Assembly: GCF_963921235.1 (NCBI RefSeq)
Contig: NC_086119.1
Span: forward strand, 25,172,001-25,236,000
Length of the DNA: 64,000 bases
Source: Mobula hypostoma
Taxonomy: Eukaryota
Reading direction: 5' to 3'
This document shows positions 1 to 12,603 of the stretch, piece after piece. Positions within the stretch are counted from its first letter, which is position 1, and each line of letters opens with the position of its first letter. Below the pieces are notes generated by a model. That model had not been told where the DNA came from. It worked only from the letters and a program-made list of their open reading frames with translations, and searched no databases. Both the position numbers and the translations under genes were made by a program.

Positions 1-904
1 GAGAGAAGGCAAAAAGAAGTTAGTGTCAAAACTCTTGAAGCTAACATTTCCTTCATGAGTTTCCAGTAGCAATAATGTTATGACCATTTCCCTCTCTGTA
101 ATTGCTTTGAACACTATTCTGTGATGTTGTGTTGTGTGGGAATTCTATAGTACTACTGGGACAGGTACTGTTAGGCCTTTGCACAACTCTGAAAAGTACT
201 GTGTAGCTGAAAATAGTCTCACCTGGAGTGGAACTGTTCTGATCTCTTAGTACCAGATGGGAAATCAGTCAGTTTTGTCAGCATTAGAAATTTTAGTGTA
301 ATTTCCCCCAAATAATATCGATTAGTTTACAGCTTAGTTGTCAATCTTCTTTATCTGGTTCTTCACCAGCCAGTCCACGAACATCCCTCTGACAACCAAG
401 GAGCACTCTCCAACCCCTTCCCGTCATTCTATAGGTATCAGATCTTACCATCAGCTAAAGAACGCTGCTGCATTTGAGGTATATCCTTTTAAAAGCTAGT
501 TGCCAAGATCACAATTTCCAGGCGGGATATTTATAGAACTTGTGGAACTTGGGGAACAAAAACCATTAGGGTGACACACAAGTGTTTTAATGCCATTAGA
601 ATGTAATGAGGCAATTTTTGGACCACTATTGTGAGGAGAGCTTCAATTACATGTATCTTCAAACTTTCTAGCTCAAAATTACACATTTTCTTCAGGAGTT
701 AATTAGTTTTTATGGACATATTTGTGCGGCTTTACCTATTTTTTTCTGTTGTAGCAATTACCATTTATATAGCATCTTTAGTACATAGCAAAATGATACA
801 AGTTATTTTACAAAATAAAAATTCACACAATCATAAGGAAATATTGGAACATATTGATCAAAGTAGTAAGTTTTAAAGGGTGTCTTTAAAAATAAGGGAA
901 GGAA

Positions 905-3520
905 TTTTCTTCTAACATGCAAAGAGAGGATGGGCTGGGTGGTGGGAGTCCTTGATGTTGGATGGTGCTTTCATGCAACAGTACTCCATGTAGATGTGCT
1001 CAGTGGTGGGCAGGGTTTTGTCCATGATAGACCGGGCCATATTCACTACTTTTTGTAACATTTTCCATTCAAGGGCATTGGTGTTGCCATACTAGGCCAT
1101 GATGTAACCGGTCAAAGTACTCTCTATCACACATCCATAGAAGTTTATCAAAGTTTTAGATGTCATGCTGAATCTTCCCGAACTTCTAAGCAAGTAGAGG
1201 CACAGCTGTGCTGGCTTCATAATTGCACTTATGAAGGACAGAACCTCTGAAACAACAACACAAAGCAATTTAAAGTTGCTGACCTGCTCCACCTCTACTC
1301 ACCCCGATAAGTACAGGCTCATGGACCTCTGGTTTTCTTTCCCCTGAAATCAACAATCAGTTCCTGATATTGAATAAGAAATTGTTGTGCCACCACTCGG
1401 CCAGATTTTCATTCTCCTTCCTGTATGCTGCTTCGTCATCAGCTTTGATTCGGCCAGCGACAGTGGTGTCATCAGTAAACTTAAATATGGCATTGGAGTG
1501 GTGCTCAACCTTACAGTCATAAATATAAAGTGAGTAGAGCAGTGGGCCAAGCAACTGCCTTGTGGTGCACCTGTGCTGTTGGAGATTGTGGAGGAGATGT
1601 TGTTGCCAATCTGAAATGACTCAGTCTACCAGTGAGGAAATCAAGGATCCAATTGCACAAGGAGGTACTGAGGCCAAGATCTTGAAGCTTATTGATCCCC
1701 GTTTTGAAGGGATGATAGTATGAATGCCAAGCTGTAGTCAATAAAGAGCATCCTGATGAATGTAATTGGCCTGTCCAAATATTCCAGGGTTGAGTGAAGA
1801 GCCATTGAAATGGCATCTGTTATTGGCCTGTTGTGCCGGTAGGCGTACTGGAGCGGATCCGAGTCACTCCTTAGGCAGGAGTTGATATGTTTCTTCACCA
1901 ACCTCTCAAAGCACTTCTTCATCACACCGGATGTAAGTGCTACTGGATGACGGTCACTGAGGTGGGTTACCATGTTTTGCTTAGACACCAGCATAATTGA
2001 AGTCTGCTTGAAGCAGTTTGATAATCAGACTGCCGAAGCAAGAGGTTAAAGGTATCAGTGAATACTCTGGCTGGCTGATCAGCACAGGCCTTTAGTTCTC
2101 AGCCAGATACCTCATCTGGGCTGGTTGCTTTCCATAGGTTCACCCTCCTGAAGGATACTCTCACATTGGCTTCAGAGACTGAAATCACAGGATCATCGGG
2201 TCTGTGGGAGTTCGTGAAGAATCCTCCATGTTCTGATCAAACATAGAAGGCATTCAGCTCATCTGGGAGCAAAGCTTTGTTGTCACCTGAGTCGCTTGGT
2301 TTCACTTAGTAAGAGGTAACAGCATTCAAGCCCTACCACAGTTGTTGAGCATCCTTCAGTGACTCAGGTTTTGTCCGGAATTGGCACTTCACATGTGAAA
2401 TGGCTTTCCAGAGATCTTGTATCACGGACATCTTGTATCTTACTCGGTCAGCAGATCTGAATGTACTGCTCTGGCCCTCAGCAGATTGTGGATCTTGTGG
2501 TTCATCCGGGGCATCTGATTGGAGATGATTCTGAACAATTTTGTGGGACACCACCCTCATCTACAATTGTTTTTATAAAGTCCATGACAATCGTGGTCTA
2601 TTCATCCAGATCCACTGATGAGTCCTTGAACATGACCCATTCCCCCAACTGAAAGCAATCCCGTAGCCACTCCTCTGCCTTCTATGACCATCTCTTTGTT
2701 GTCCTTATCTCTGGAGCTTTGCTCTTTAGCCTCTGCATGTATGCAGGTCAGAGAAGGACAGCAAATGCTCTGAATTTTCCAAATGTGGTCTAGGCATGGA
2801 ACAGTAGATACTCCTTATTGTAGTATAGCAGTGGTTGAGTATGTTGGGACTCCTGGTGCTGATGATAATTGGGCAGAGATTTCTTCAAACAAGACTGATT
2901 GAAATCCCTGACTATGATTTGAAATCCGTTGGAGTGGGCTATTTCTTTCTTGGTAATGGCAGCATTCAATATCTCGAGTGCCTGATTAACGTCAGCTTTG
3001 GCGGTATGTAAACGGTGGTCTCGATCATGGAGAACTTTCTTGGTAAGTAGAACAGTTACACTTGATCACTAGGTGTTCCAAATCAGGGTAACAAGAGTGC
3101 CTCAAACCTGCTACATCCAAGCACCACAAAGACCTTATCATGAAACAGACCCCCACCTTTTGCCTTCTACGAATCAGCAGTCCAGTCCGCGCTGTGCATC
3201 ATGAAGCCTTTTGGGTCTCATCAACGTATCCGGTGTGAGCCAGGTCTCCAATATTGGAGTAAGCTATGCTTCTGATCCTGTGCAGTGGCCCCTCCATACC
3301 AGATGGTGATGCAACCAGTTAAATGCTCTCCACGGTACACAACATTCGCTGGAGTCTTTAGTGACATACCAAATATCTCCTCAAACTCTTAATGAAATAT
3401 AACCGTTGGTGTGTCTTCTTTTTAATTGCATCAATATGTTGGGTCCAGGTCACATCTTCAGAGATGTTGACACCTAGGAACTTGAAACTGCTCACCTTTT
3501 GTCTATTGTCTTTTCCACTC
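905..3520 (-). mobile_element. Decayed Rex1/Babar-type LINE (RT and C-terminal fragments)
   Basis: ORF fragments RHPVALTS..MKKCFERLV..DPLQYAYR..RMLFIDYSLAF, LCNWILDFLTGR, KFTDDTTVAG and FKFLGVNISED; many frameshifts; probably more than one insertion. Confidence 0.88.
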
Positions 3521-3687
3521 AACAAATGTAAGTGTATATTTGCAACAGTAGCAATTGATGTTGCAAAAGTATGGAGATATAAGACCAAGAAAGGACGTGA
3601 TGCAAACATTAAAACCAAAATGCCAGAACTTTAACTGATGTAGTTGACTGATGGGTGAACAGGACATCCTGAGAAGAAGTATAAGCA

Positions 3688-4231
3688 CGCAAACACGAGG
3701 AAATCTGCAGATGCTGGAATTTCAAGAAACACACATAAAAGTTGCTGGTGAACGCAGCAGGCCAGGCAGCATCTCTACGAAGCCACACTCAGGTTGGAGG
3801 AACAACACCTTATATTCTGTCTGGGTAGCATCCAACCTGATGGCATAAACGTTGACTTCTCAAACTTCCGCTAATGCCCCACCTCCCCCTCGTACCCCAT
3901 CCATTATTTATTTATATACACAATCCTTTTTCTCCCTCTGTCCCCCTCACCCATCCTCTGGTTCCCCCCCTCCCCCGTTTTCTTTCTCCCTAGGCCTCCT
4001 GTCCCATGATCCTCTCATATCCCTTTTGCCAATCACCTGTCCAGCTCTTGGCTTCATCCCTCCCCCTCCAGTCTTCTCCTATCATTTTGGATCTCCCCCT
4101 CCCCCTCCCACTTTCAAATTTCTTACTAGCTCTTCTTTCTGTTAGTCCTGACGAAGGGTCTTGGCCCGAAACGTCGACTGTACCTCTTCCTAGAGATGCT
4201 GCCTGGCCTGCTGCGTTCACCAGCAACTTTT
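3688..4231 (+). mobile_element. Penelope-like element fragment with inverted terminal repeat piece
   Basis: End of a GIY-YIG-type ORF (EATLRLEEQHLIFCLG), pyrimidine-rich tract, hammerhead motif; 42-bp perfect inverted repeat 3736-3777/4191-4232; 13-bp TSD with one mismatch (3675-3687/4232-4244). Confidence 0.85.
4143..4180 (+). ncRNA. Minimal type I hammerhead ribozyme motif in the Penelope-like repeat
   Basis: UAGUC-CUGACGA-A-GGG(UCUUGG)CCC-GAAA-CG-UC^-GACUG: all core nucleotides present, stems I and II pair, stem III reduced to palindromic ACGU. Confidence 0.75.
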
Positions 4232-5479
4232 AGAAGTATGAGCAGCAAGGTTTAGGATTAGCTCAAGTTTCCTGAGGAGTGTGGATGGTGGGTTAACAAT
4301 TCTAGGGTACAGACTGATTCTGAACCACAAAAAGTTTGTAAATGGCTCTAGTCCATCTAAGGAAGGAAGGTTAAGGTCATTACTTGTCAATGATTTGCAT
4401 ACAAAGTAAAATTTCCTCTAATTAGTATTTAAATAGAATTATCAATGTTCTTAATTCTTGAACACACTCACTAACTGACTAGGAATATCTGCCAGCAGAA
4501 ATCTCCCTATCCTTGTTTTTACTGCTATAGCAACATTCTCCCCTATAAAAAATAATTTTTTTCACTCCTCTTTAGGAATCAAAGTAGCTTTGAAAACCTT
4601 GTGCTAAGATTCATGCTTTGAAAAGCAAACAGACTTCGGCTAATCAACCATTCCAGTCTGCAGATTAAATGATATTACAACAGAAATATTTCTGAGGGTG
4701 ATGCCTTGAAGTAATGCATCAAGGCAATGAAAATATGATTTGTTATGAGAAAACTATAATTAACTGTATAAGTATAATCTTGCTTTGAAATGGTTTTGCT
4801 TTTATTACACTTGTAAATCTGTACAGGATGAGTATTTTCACTGTGGGAGAAAATCAGTAGAAAGAAAGGAGAACCAAAAAGATAAGAATTATCTGCATGA
4901 GTAATCTAATTTGCTGTGACTCTGTATTTTTCAGCCTTTAGATTGGTATTAGATTGTATACACAAATGAATGTTATGGCATGAGAAAAATAATTTTCATT
5001 CATTTACTTTCATTTTGCTTATTAAGATGAGAGGGAATAAAATATTTTTTCATCTAAAATCGGCATTAAGCACTCCCTCATCAGATGCTGGGATGAAGGG
5101 TTAAGCCTTCTTTATATTACACCAATAATGGATCGAAACTTTCTTTCATTAATTGCATGTGGAAGAAAATCTGCACAATATTGTAAGGCAAGTTCAACAA
5201 GAATGGAGTTTGTTGCAACTTGGTACTTTCCACATTGTTATTTTCTGATTCATTCTGATTGGAACATGTTGAGAGACCACCACAAAATTCCCAGACTCCT
5301 ATACTGATCCTCTGTGGCCTACGTTGAGGTAATATGCCAGCCAACTCAGGAGATTAACTGAACATATGTTGTACCTCAGAAGGCCCTCAAAAGAACATTT
5401 GTGGCAAATTAGTTATTTGCAGCTGGGACAGCAATTGGATTGCTACTATTGACTTTAGTTAGTAATACCATTGTTTCTA

Positions 5480-5690
5480 ATTCAGGATTTGTGGGCTTAA
5501 ATCTACTTTGCAAGGTTTGACTAAATAATCTACTTTGACACTTCAATGTAGTACCAGAGGGAATGCTGCATTGTTTTACTGTTATTTTTGCACAGTATGT
5601 TAAACTGGCTTAATTCATCATTCAGAAAACTGTGTAAATAGACAGAAAAGAGATGGAACTTCCCTAAGTAATTTCAATCCCAAAGGCAAC
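5480..5690 (+). mobile_element. Old Deu-domain SINE remnant
   Basis: tgacacttcaatgtagtaccagagggaatgctgcattg resembles the Deu-domain core as I recall it; highly diverged. Confidence 0.5.
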
Positions 5691-6798
5691 AAAGAGAAAA
5701 AAAAGCACATTAAATGGCAGGGAGAAGAAAATAAAAACACAAATTCCATTCCTGAATCTGAACCAACAGAGTAATCTCTGGGATTTTTGTTTGAGAACTT
5801 CTATACTGAGGATGAGTTGGTTCTATTCTAGTTTTCTGCAGTGGAAGATGCCTGCACAGTTCTTTAAATCTGAGGTGGCCGTTACACGAGCTACCACATA
5901 AACTCAACAGCAAGGTCTTGCAAAACGGGTTTGTCTATGATATCCTGCAAATGTTGCCAATATCCGCTATTAAGGCTGAAATGAAGGCATTTGGGTCGAT
6001 TTACTAAAAAAAAACAAGAATTGGCACAGTCCAAAAGAATGGAGAATAAAAAGCAAATAGAGAAGAAACATGAAATCCTAGTTTTCCCTGAACACTATAT
6101 TTGCTACATCTGTAATTCAATGATATTAATGTGAATGACAGTAAAATACATGATTAAGATATATGAAATGAGCTCAAGTCTCAGTGTCAGGAAAATAATA
6201 ACCTTAGGTCTATCGAGCCTGTGAAGCAGAGTACAAGATGCATAAAGACCTCCCCAGAATGTGACTCTCAAAGATATTTAACAACCCTTTGTACTAAAAG
6301 GACCATTATTGATTGAAATAAATGAAGTTACAATAGATTTGTGTTCACCTGCTGAAAGTGGATTGAAAATGGGAATTGTCAGAGTATTCAGTTGGCACAA
6401 TGATAACACAACTCGCAGTCACTGAATAATCAATATATTGATAAAGCATTGCTTTTTGTCTTTAAGGTTTAGTTATTATGAGGATCGAAAGAGAAATGAA
6501 CAACAAATTCAAAGAAGCATCTACAACAGTGACTAGTCATCAAAAATAATTCATTGACTGTAAAGCACTAAGGGATAACTTGAAGCTGTTTGTGATGTAG
6601 ATCATTATTTTCTTTTTAGAAAAATGTATATGTACTGATACCAATCATTAGGGTGTGTAAGGGAATAGCCGATTTGTGGTTACAGATGGTGACTCAGGTG
6701 TTGGAGGTCAAAAGTCCATTGTGGTAAGTTCCAAAACTGAATTCAATAAATCTGGTAAATTTGTGAGTTGACACAAATTGAATAAAGTTCTTTAAGAG

Positions 6799-7102
6799 GG
6801 CACGTGGCCAAGTGGTTAAGGCATTGGACTAGTGACCTGAAGGTCGTGGGTTCGAGCCCCAGCCGAGGCAACATGTTGTGTCCTTGAGCAAGGCACTTAA
6901 TCACACATTGCTCTGTGACGACACTGGTGCCAAGCTGTATGGGTCCTAATGCCCTTCCCTTGGACAACATTGGTGTCGTGGAGAGGGGAGACTTGCAACA
7001 TAGGCAACTGCTGGTCTTCCATACAACCTTGCCCAGGCCTGTGCCCTGGAGAGTGAAGACTTTCCAGGCGCAGATCCATGGTCTCGCAAGACTAATGGAT
7101 GC
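6799..7102 (+). mobile_element. tRNA-derived CORE-type SINE, full length
   Basis: A box TGGCCAAGTGG; B box GGTTCGAGCCC; CORE-like gtgtccttgagcaaggcacttaa; 9-bp TSD CTTTAAGAG (6790-6798/7103-7111). Confidence 0.85.
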
Positions 7103-8663
7103 CTTTAAGAGAGCTATTTTCTTTCCTGTCTAATTTCTTAAAATGCCCTTAAAGCAACCAAAATTGGGCACCAAACATTCTCATAATCACGTTACCCTCC
7201 TGGCTAGAATACATTTAAATAATGTTTGAGTTTTTTTAAAAAAGGTGAAATGTGTGACCTGTTTGACAGAAAAACATGACGGTGTTCAGTGGAAATGAAT
7301 AGGGAAACTTGCCAGGTGTCAATCAGATAGCTGACTTTTGTGGATAACAAAGATAGACTAAGTGGAATTATCAGTGCTTCAATTCTACCTTATCCCTTGA
7401 TTTAAACCAAGCACTCCACCACAACCACTGAGACATGGTCTAATCATAAAAATAAGCCCTATTGCTTTTACAAAGTAAATACTGCAGTAAGATGTACATA
7501 AATTACTAGAAATCTTCCTTTGATACTCAGATGGAATTATCAGTCTGAGCCAAATTCACCTTTGTGAATAAATAACATAGACTTCAAGCATTGGCCTAAA
7601 GAAAAACAGTTTTGCATATGCTCCCCTTTTTCCCCCATTCTATTTCTTTATTATTGCCTTGAATGAGATCAGTTACCTCAGCATAGACAGTGAGATCTTG
7701 GTCCCTTAGTATCTCAGACAATTACAAATTAACTACAAAACTGGTAAAAAAAAAGCAGTAATTCCATAAGCACTAAACTTACATTCTTATTTTCTGACTA
7801 AATAATTTAAGATTTTAAACAATATTCTCTTTGATTGCTAGCTGATCCAATAACCTCATTGTGAGTTGAATATTATAAATGTCTCCTTTTAATTTTAACA
7901 GAAACTACTTCAACACACTTGTAGCTTCCTGCCAGGTAAAGATGCAGCCATTTGAATCACAATACAAGAAGATTTGGATCCATTTTCCAACCTGAGGTAG
8001 TGGATTTCAGTCAGTTCAGCAATCACATTTCCTGTTAACTGAAAAACCAGCTACTCCTGACAGATCTGCATCCATGTCAACTCAGGGCAAGATCAATTTT
8101 TCTTCTGAAGCCTCACACTATGATCAAACAACTTATTTGCACTCATTGCCTTGGCTGACTTAAGGAATTAGCTTGATGCTTGACTGTGATAAAGGCAAAA
8201 GGGATATATCTATCAGAAATCAATTCTCTTCCCCAGGGAGACAGGACACAAAAAGGAACCAATAATTTTACAACTGGAATGATGACTCTAAGCCAATTCA
8301 AACATTTGAGGAAGAACTAGTATGCAGGAATTTTTCAAAAGGAAATTACCACTTAAGTTGTCAAAGTTGGCCTGTTAGAAATAGTAAATTTAAATGATTA
8401 GGAAGCTTTGATAATATGCCTCAAGATATAGGATATACATTGGAAGTGAATCGACTGTATGAAGAACAGCTTTGGTATGATTTTGTTATATTGGACAATG
8501 TTATCATTAGTAGCAAAACATGCCTGCAAAGACCAACGTGCAAAAATTTAAAAGGCTGTTACTCTTTATCAAATAATCAAAAATGTCCTGGGAATATTAT
8601 TAAGCTTGCATATGACACAATAATCTGCATTGGTATCAGAAACCTCAAGAAAAAGTTAAGAGT

Positions 8664-9708
8664 CTGATTTAAATATTTAATATTGATAGGGTGATGCATA
8701 TTATGGTAATCACAAAACATGTAGAAGGCAGGCAGGATTCTGATTAAAGTCTGTGGAGAAAAATTGCACTGTATGAACCTCTAACAACCCACAGGTAAAG
8801 CCAAGGAGTAATGGCTAAAAAAAAACAGCAAGTATATGATACATAGAGCCATCGTTCAGTTTTATTGGTTTGTTAACCTCCCTCCTATTCACAGGCTGGA
8901 AAATATGCAAAAGGTACAACTTTATAAAACATCTTAGAGGAAAGTCTATACTGAAAACCAGCCTAAAATTCCTCATTATCCTAGACAGTGTAAACGTTTT
9001 GAGTATCTTGACTGACATATTTGACTTAAGGAAGTAAACTGTTCATTGATTAAATTACTATTTGAATTAGGGAAAAGGGACAACTTATATAGAAAACAGC
9101 AAGAACCTGGGAAAAAGGAAAGTAAAAGATTTGCCAGCTATGCAGTTGATAGAGATTTAAAACCAATGTTCAAACAGGAGCCAGAGGTTCAAAGAAGTGA
9201 TATTTCTACATATAATGAAAGATGTAACAAAGGACAATAATTTTATGGCTACTATTGTTAAATGATATGTTCTTCATTGGATCAAATTTACCATTTTGAC
9301 ATGATTTACCAATTATCACAGATGTTGGAAATCCAGAGTAACACACACAAAATGCTGGAACTCAGCAGGTCAAGCAGCATCTAAGGACTAGAGGCTCGAT
9401 GTTTTGGGCTCAGACCCTCCATTTGGACTGGAAAGAAAGGGGGAAGAAGCCAGAATAAGGTGGTGGCAGGAGTTGAAGGTGTATAAGCTAAAAGGTGATA
9501 GGTGAAGCCAGCTGAGGGGAAGGTGGGTGAGTGGGGGTGGGGGAGGGAAATGAAGTGATAAGCTGGGAGGTGGTTAAAATGAAAATCCTGATTTAAATAC
9601 TTAATATTGATAGGGTAATGCATATTATGGTTATTGAAAAACATGCAGAGGGCAGGCAGGATTCTGAATTAAAATCTGTTGGGAAAAATGCACTGTATGA
9701 ACCTCTAA
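8664..9708 (+). repeat. Local ~120-bp direct duplication (8664-8784 and 9588-9708)
   Basis: Both copies read ctgatttaaata.ttaatattgatagggt.atgcatattatgg...gcactgtatgaacctctaa with scattered substitutions. Confidence 0.9.
9318..9580 (-). mobile_element. Penelope-like terminal repeat fragment
   Basis: Reverse complement of the 3950-4231 type sequence; hammerhead core decayed. Confidence 0.8.
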
Positions 9709-9709
9709 A

Positions 9710-10245
9710 GATTGGTAAATTGGTAAATTAATGTCACACATACCAAGGTACAGTGAAAAGCTTGTCTTCTATATAGTTCATACAGAACAATTCATTACAA
9801 CAGTGCATTGAGGTAATATAAAATAAAACAATAACAGAGTGCAGATTAAAGTGTTACAGTTACAAAGAAAGTGCACTGCAGGTAAACAATAAGATGAAAG
9901 GTCATAGTGAGGTAGATTGAGGTCAAGAGTCCATCTTATTGTACTTGGAACCGTTCAATAGTCTTATAGCAGCAGGATAGAAGCTGTCTTTGAGCCTGGT
10001 GGTACGTGTTTTCAGGCTTTTGCATCTTTTGCCTCACGGGAGGGGGAAAGAGAGAGAATGACCGTCAAGGGTGAGAATCTTTGATTATTCTAGCTGCTTT
10101 AGAAGTGTAGATAGAGTCAGTGGAGGGGAGGCTGGTTTCCACAATGTGCTGAGCTGTATCCACATCTCTCTGCAGTCTCAGACAGAACACTTGTCATATC
10201 AAGCCATAATGCATCCAGATAAGATGCTTTCTATGGTGCATTGAT
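9710..10245 (-). mobile_element. Rex1/Babar-type LINE 3' fragment
   Basis: Related to the Rex1-type 3' fragments at 15.3 kb and 20.2 kb. Confidence 0.65.
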
Positions 10246-10369
10246 ATTATCCAAGTTCTGGAGGGAAGGTGGAGAATACTGGGAGTCTATGGCTTGGTTG
10301 TCACACAATTTTAACAAGACAGAATTTGTGAACCAAGTGATCTTTTCCCGTCTACCTTCTTGTCCATGA

Positions 10370-12603
10370 GTATCTGATTAATTGGACTACGGGACATTTG
10401 AGGCAGCTAGAAAATAGCTGGGATTCCCTTCATTTATTTAGGACACTATGCCACTTAACTGCGACAGGAGATTATTGCTGAAGTTTCCAATTAATGTTAG
10501 TCACATGCACTTTTGTGGCCGTTAGATAATACACTGTGCTTAGAGCGGAGTTTTTAAAATAGTGTCAGTTTTGCGTGCTTGTGTTATGTTATGTTTGGGC
10601 CGATGAACACTGATTTAAAAAGCAGTGGTTTTGGCTCATTTTGTTTTGTCTTTTGACTTTAAAAGTCTTTAGACCCTTGCCAAGATGCCACGAAAAGATG
10701 TTGACATTAGCTGGAATAGATACTGTACTGGGCCAAATTAAAAGCCGTCCATCTAACACCACTCATTGTTGGCTGGCAGAGACAACTGCAATTGCACACT
10801 TGATACCGCAGAAAGATAAACTGCAAGAAGAATGGACGTTATGCAAGAAACAGCACAGAGCACCCCAAAAACAGAGCGGTAAGGAAACAGATGAAGATGA
10901 TCCCAAACAATGGTTTTCCATTGTAACTGGACAAGGTGTATGTGTCTCCCCGGACCAATGTTTAAAAAAAAAACAAGTCACAGGAGCCAGCTAAGAAGCT
11001 GGTCACGAAGATTTTAAAGCAACAAATGTCTCGACAGAAATGTTTGGCACATCAAATTCAAGAAAGCACACTGTGAGAAAGATAGTGCTGATACTACACA
11101 TGCAGAAACATGGAAATTTACAAAACCCCCCGAATTGTTTCAAAAATTTTGTGCAGAAGATATCTCCAATGCAGATAAAACAGGGCTTGCTGTTTTCAAA
11201 AAAAGTGATGCCATGCTGAACAGATATCTTAGCTACAAACACACAACATTATCAAGTCCAAAGAAACAACTGGATCTGCACTAGGTGTCCACTCTGATTT
11301 TGTTCATTTACACTCAAAAGAACACGGCAGCATTCACTGCAGGAATCCCTCCACCAATTCATTTTAGGAACTAATACACAGGATTTATAGTGTTCAATTT
11401 TTTCTGTATTTCATTTAACGGTAGTTTGTCTTTTTAAAAATACCTTTTTAAGTACAGTGGAATCTGATTAATTGGGACACATCGGGACTAATACAATTTT
11501 CCCCAAATAAGCAGCTGCCAAATTAGTTGAAGTTTCATGGAAATAGTTAAAAAGGTATAAAAAGACAAACTACCATTTAACTGAGTAACAAATTATGTAT
11601 TTAAATGAAATACAAAACAAACTAGAACACTACCAGTACTGTTGGTGGTTGTCTGTCAAATCTGATGATGACAGGAAACCTGTGTGGGAGAGTTTTTATA
11701 AAGTGGTAAAGTTATTGCACTGGGGCAGTTCCACTCTCTCAACCTTGGAAGTCCAGGTCCAGAGGCATGAGTAGACATCACAACTGGGGTCTTCCCTGGC
11801 TGCAGTGGAGAACCATAATTTCAATGCCTTTTCATACCCTTCGCTCTCCACGGAGCGTTGCAGAACTGCCTTCGTGGCTGTTGGATCTCGTTGTAGACCT
11901 CATCCACCCAGTCCTCCAAAGGTAACTTTGCATACTTGGATCGACATGTCCCACTCTCAACAGGGTATGAGACCCACTGACTGCCTGTCACGCCTACGGT
12001 GTGTGGCTACCGTCGTATGTAAACACCTGCTTGGAACAACAGGTGACTGATGATTGTCCGATTGGCACGAAAGGTAACATTCAAGATGATTGTCATGCTT
12101 TCAAATTTTTTGTCGATCCTAACTTGTTGAAGTAGTAAATTGTTTCATTTTCATTCCCGGCCATTCCTTGCATTTCCAAGCGTGAATACTTGAAACAGAG
12201 GTGAGCAAAATAGTTCTGAATTGTCTTACTGCTTGTTTCTTGCCAGTTATCAGTGATAAAGACCACTGCTTTTTGAACATAAACATACACAACTGATGCT
12301 ATTTAAAAACTATTTACTCTAAGCATGGTGTAGTGTCTATCAGCCACAAAAGCACATGTGACTGCAGGTAGTTAGAAACTGTTTGGCAACAGTCTCCTGT
12401 CCCAATTAAGCAAAATACTGTCTCAAATAATCGCAGGGAATCCTGGCTATTTTCTCGATTAGCTTTTGTTCTTTAAGAGTTTTCCCAAATAAGCAGCTGC
12501 CCCGATTAACTGATGGCCTAATTAGCAAGAATCCACTGTATTTCCATGAAACTGCAGCTAATTGGGCCAAAATGTATTGGTCTCAATCAATCATAATCTA
12601 CTA
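10370..12603 (+). mobile_element. Tigger/pogo-like DNA transposon remnant (outer copy)
   Basis: CENP-B-type HTH remnants at 10684-11030 (MPRK..LTLA..., RSGKETDEDDPKQWF..., ELAKKLGHEDFKATN); ends resemble the TIRs of the inner copy. Confidence 0.75.
11455..12538 (-). mobile_element. Tigger/pogo-like non-autonomous copy nested in the outer copy
   Basis: TA|CAGTGGAATCTGATTAATTGGG ... CCTAATTAGCAAGAATCCACTG|TA (imperfect TIRs, TA TSD); transposase C-terminal remnant ITDNWQETSSKTIQNYF; interrupted at about 11640-12050 by an RTE-related insert. Confidence 0.82.

Noticed and set aside
369-434. Plus-strand exon-like segment (AG...GT, open in two frames)
   Set aside because: No recognisable protein similarity and no partner exons that I could link; left uncalled.
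6798-6872. tRNA gene (Thr-like anticodon loop)
   Set aside because: The acceptor stem does not pair, and the sequence continues into a SINE body with a TSD; it is a SINE head.
7902-7996. Plus-strand exon-like segment
   Set aside because: Splice-like ends but no recognisable peptide; could be chance.
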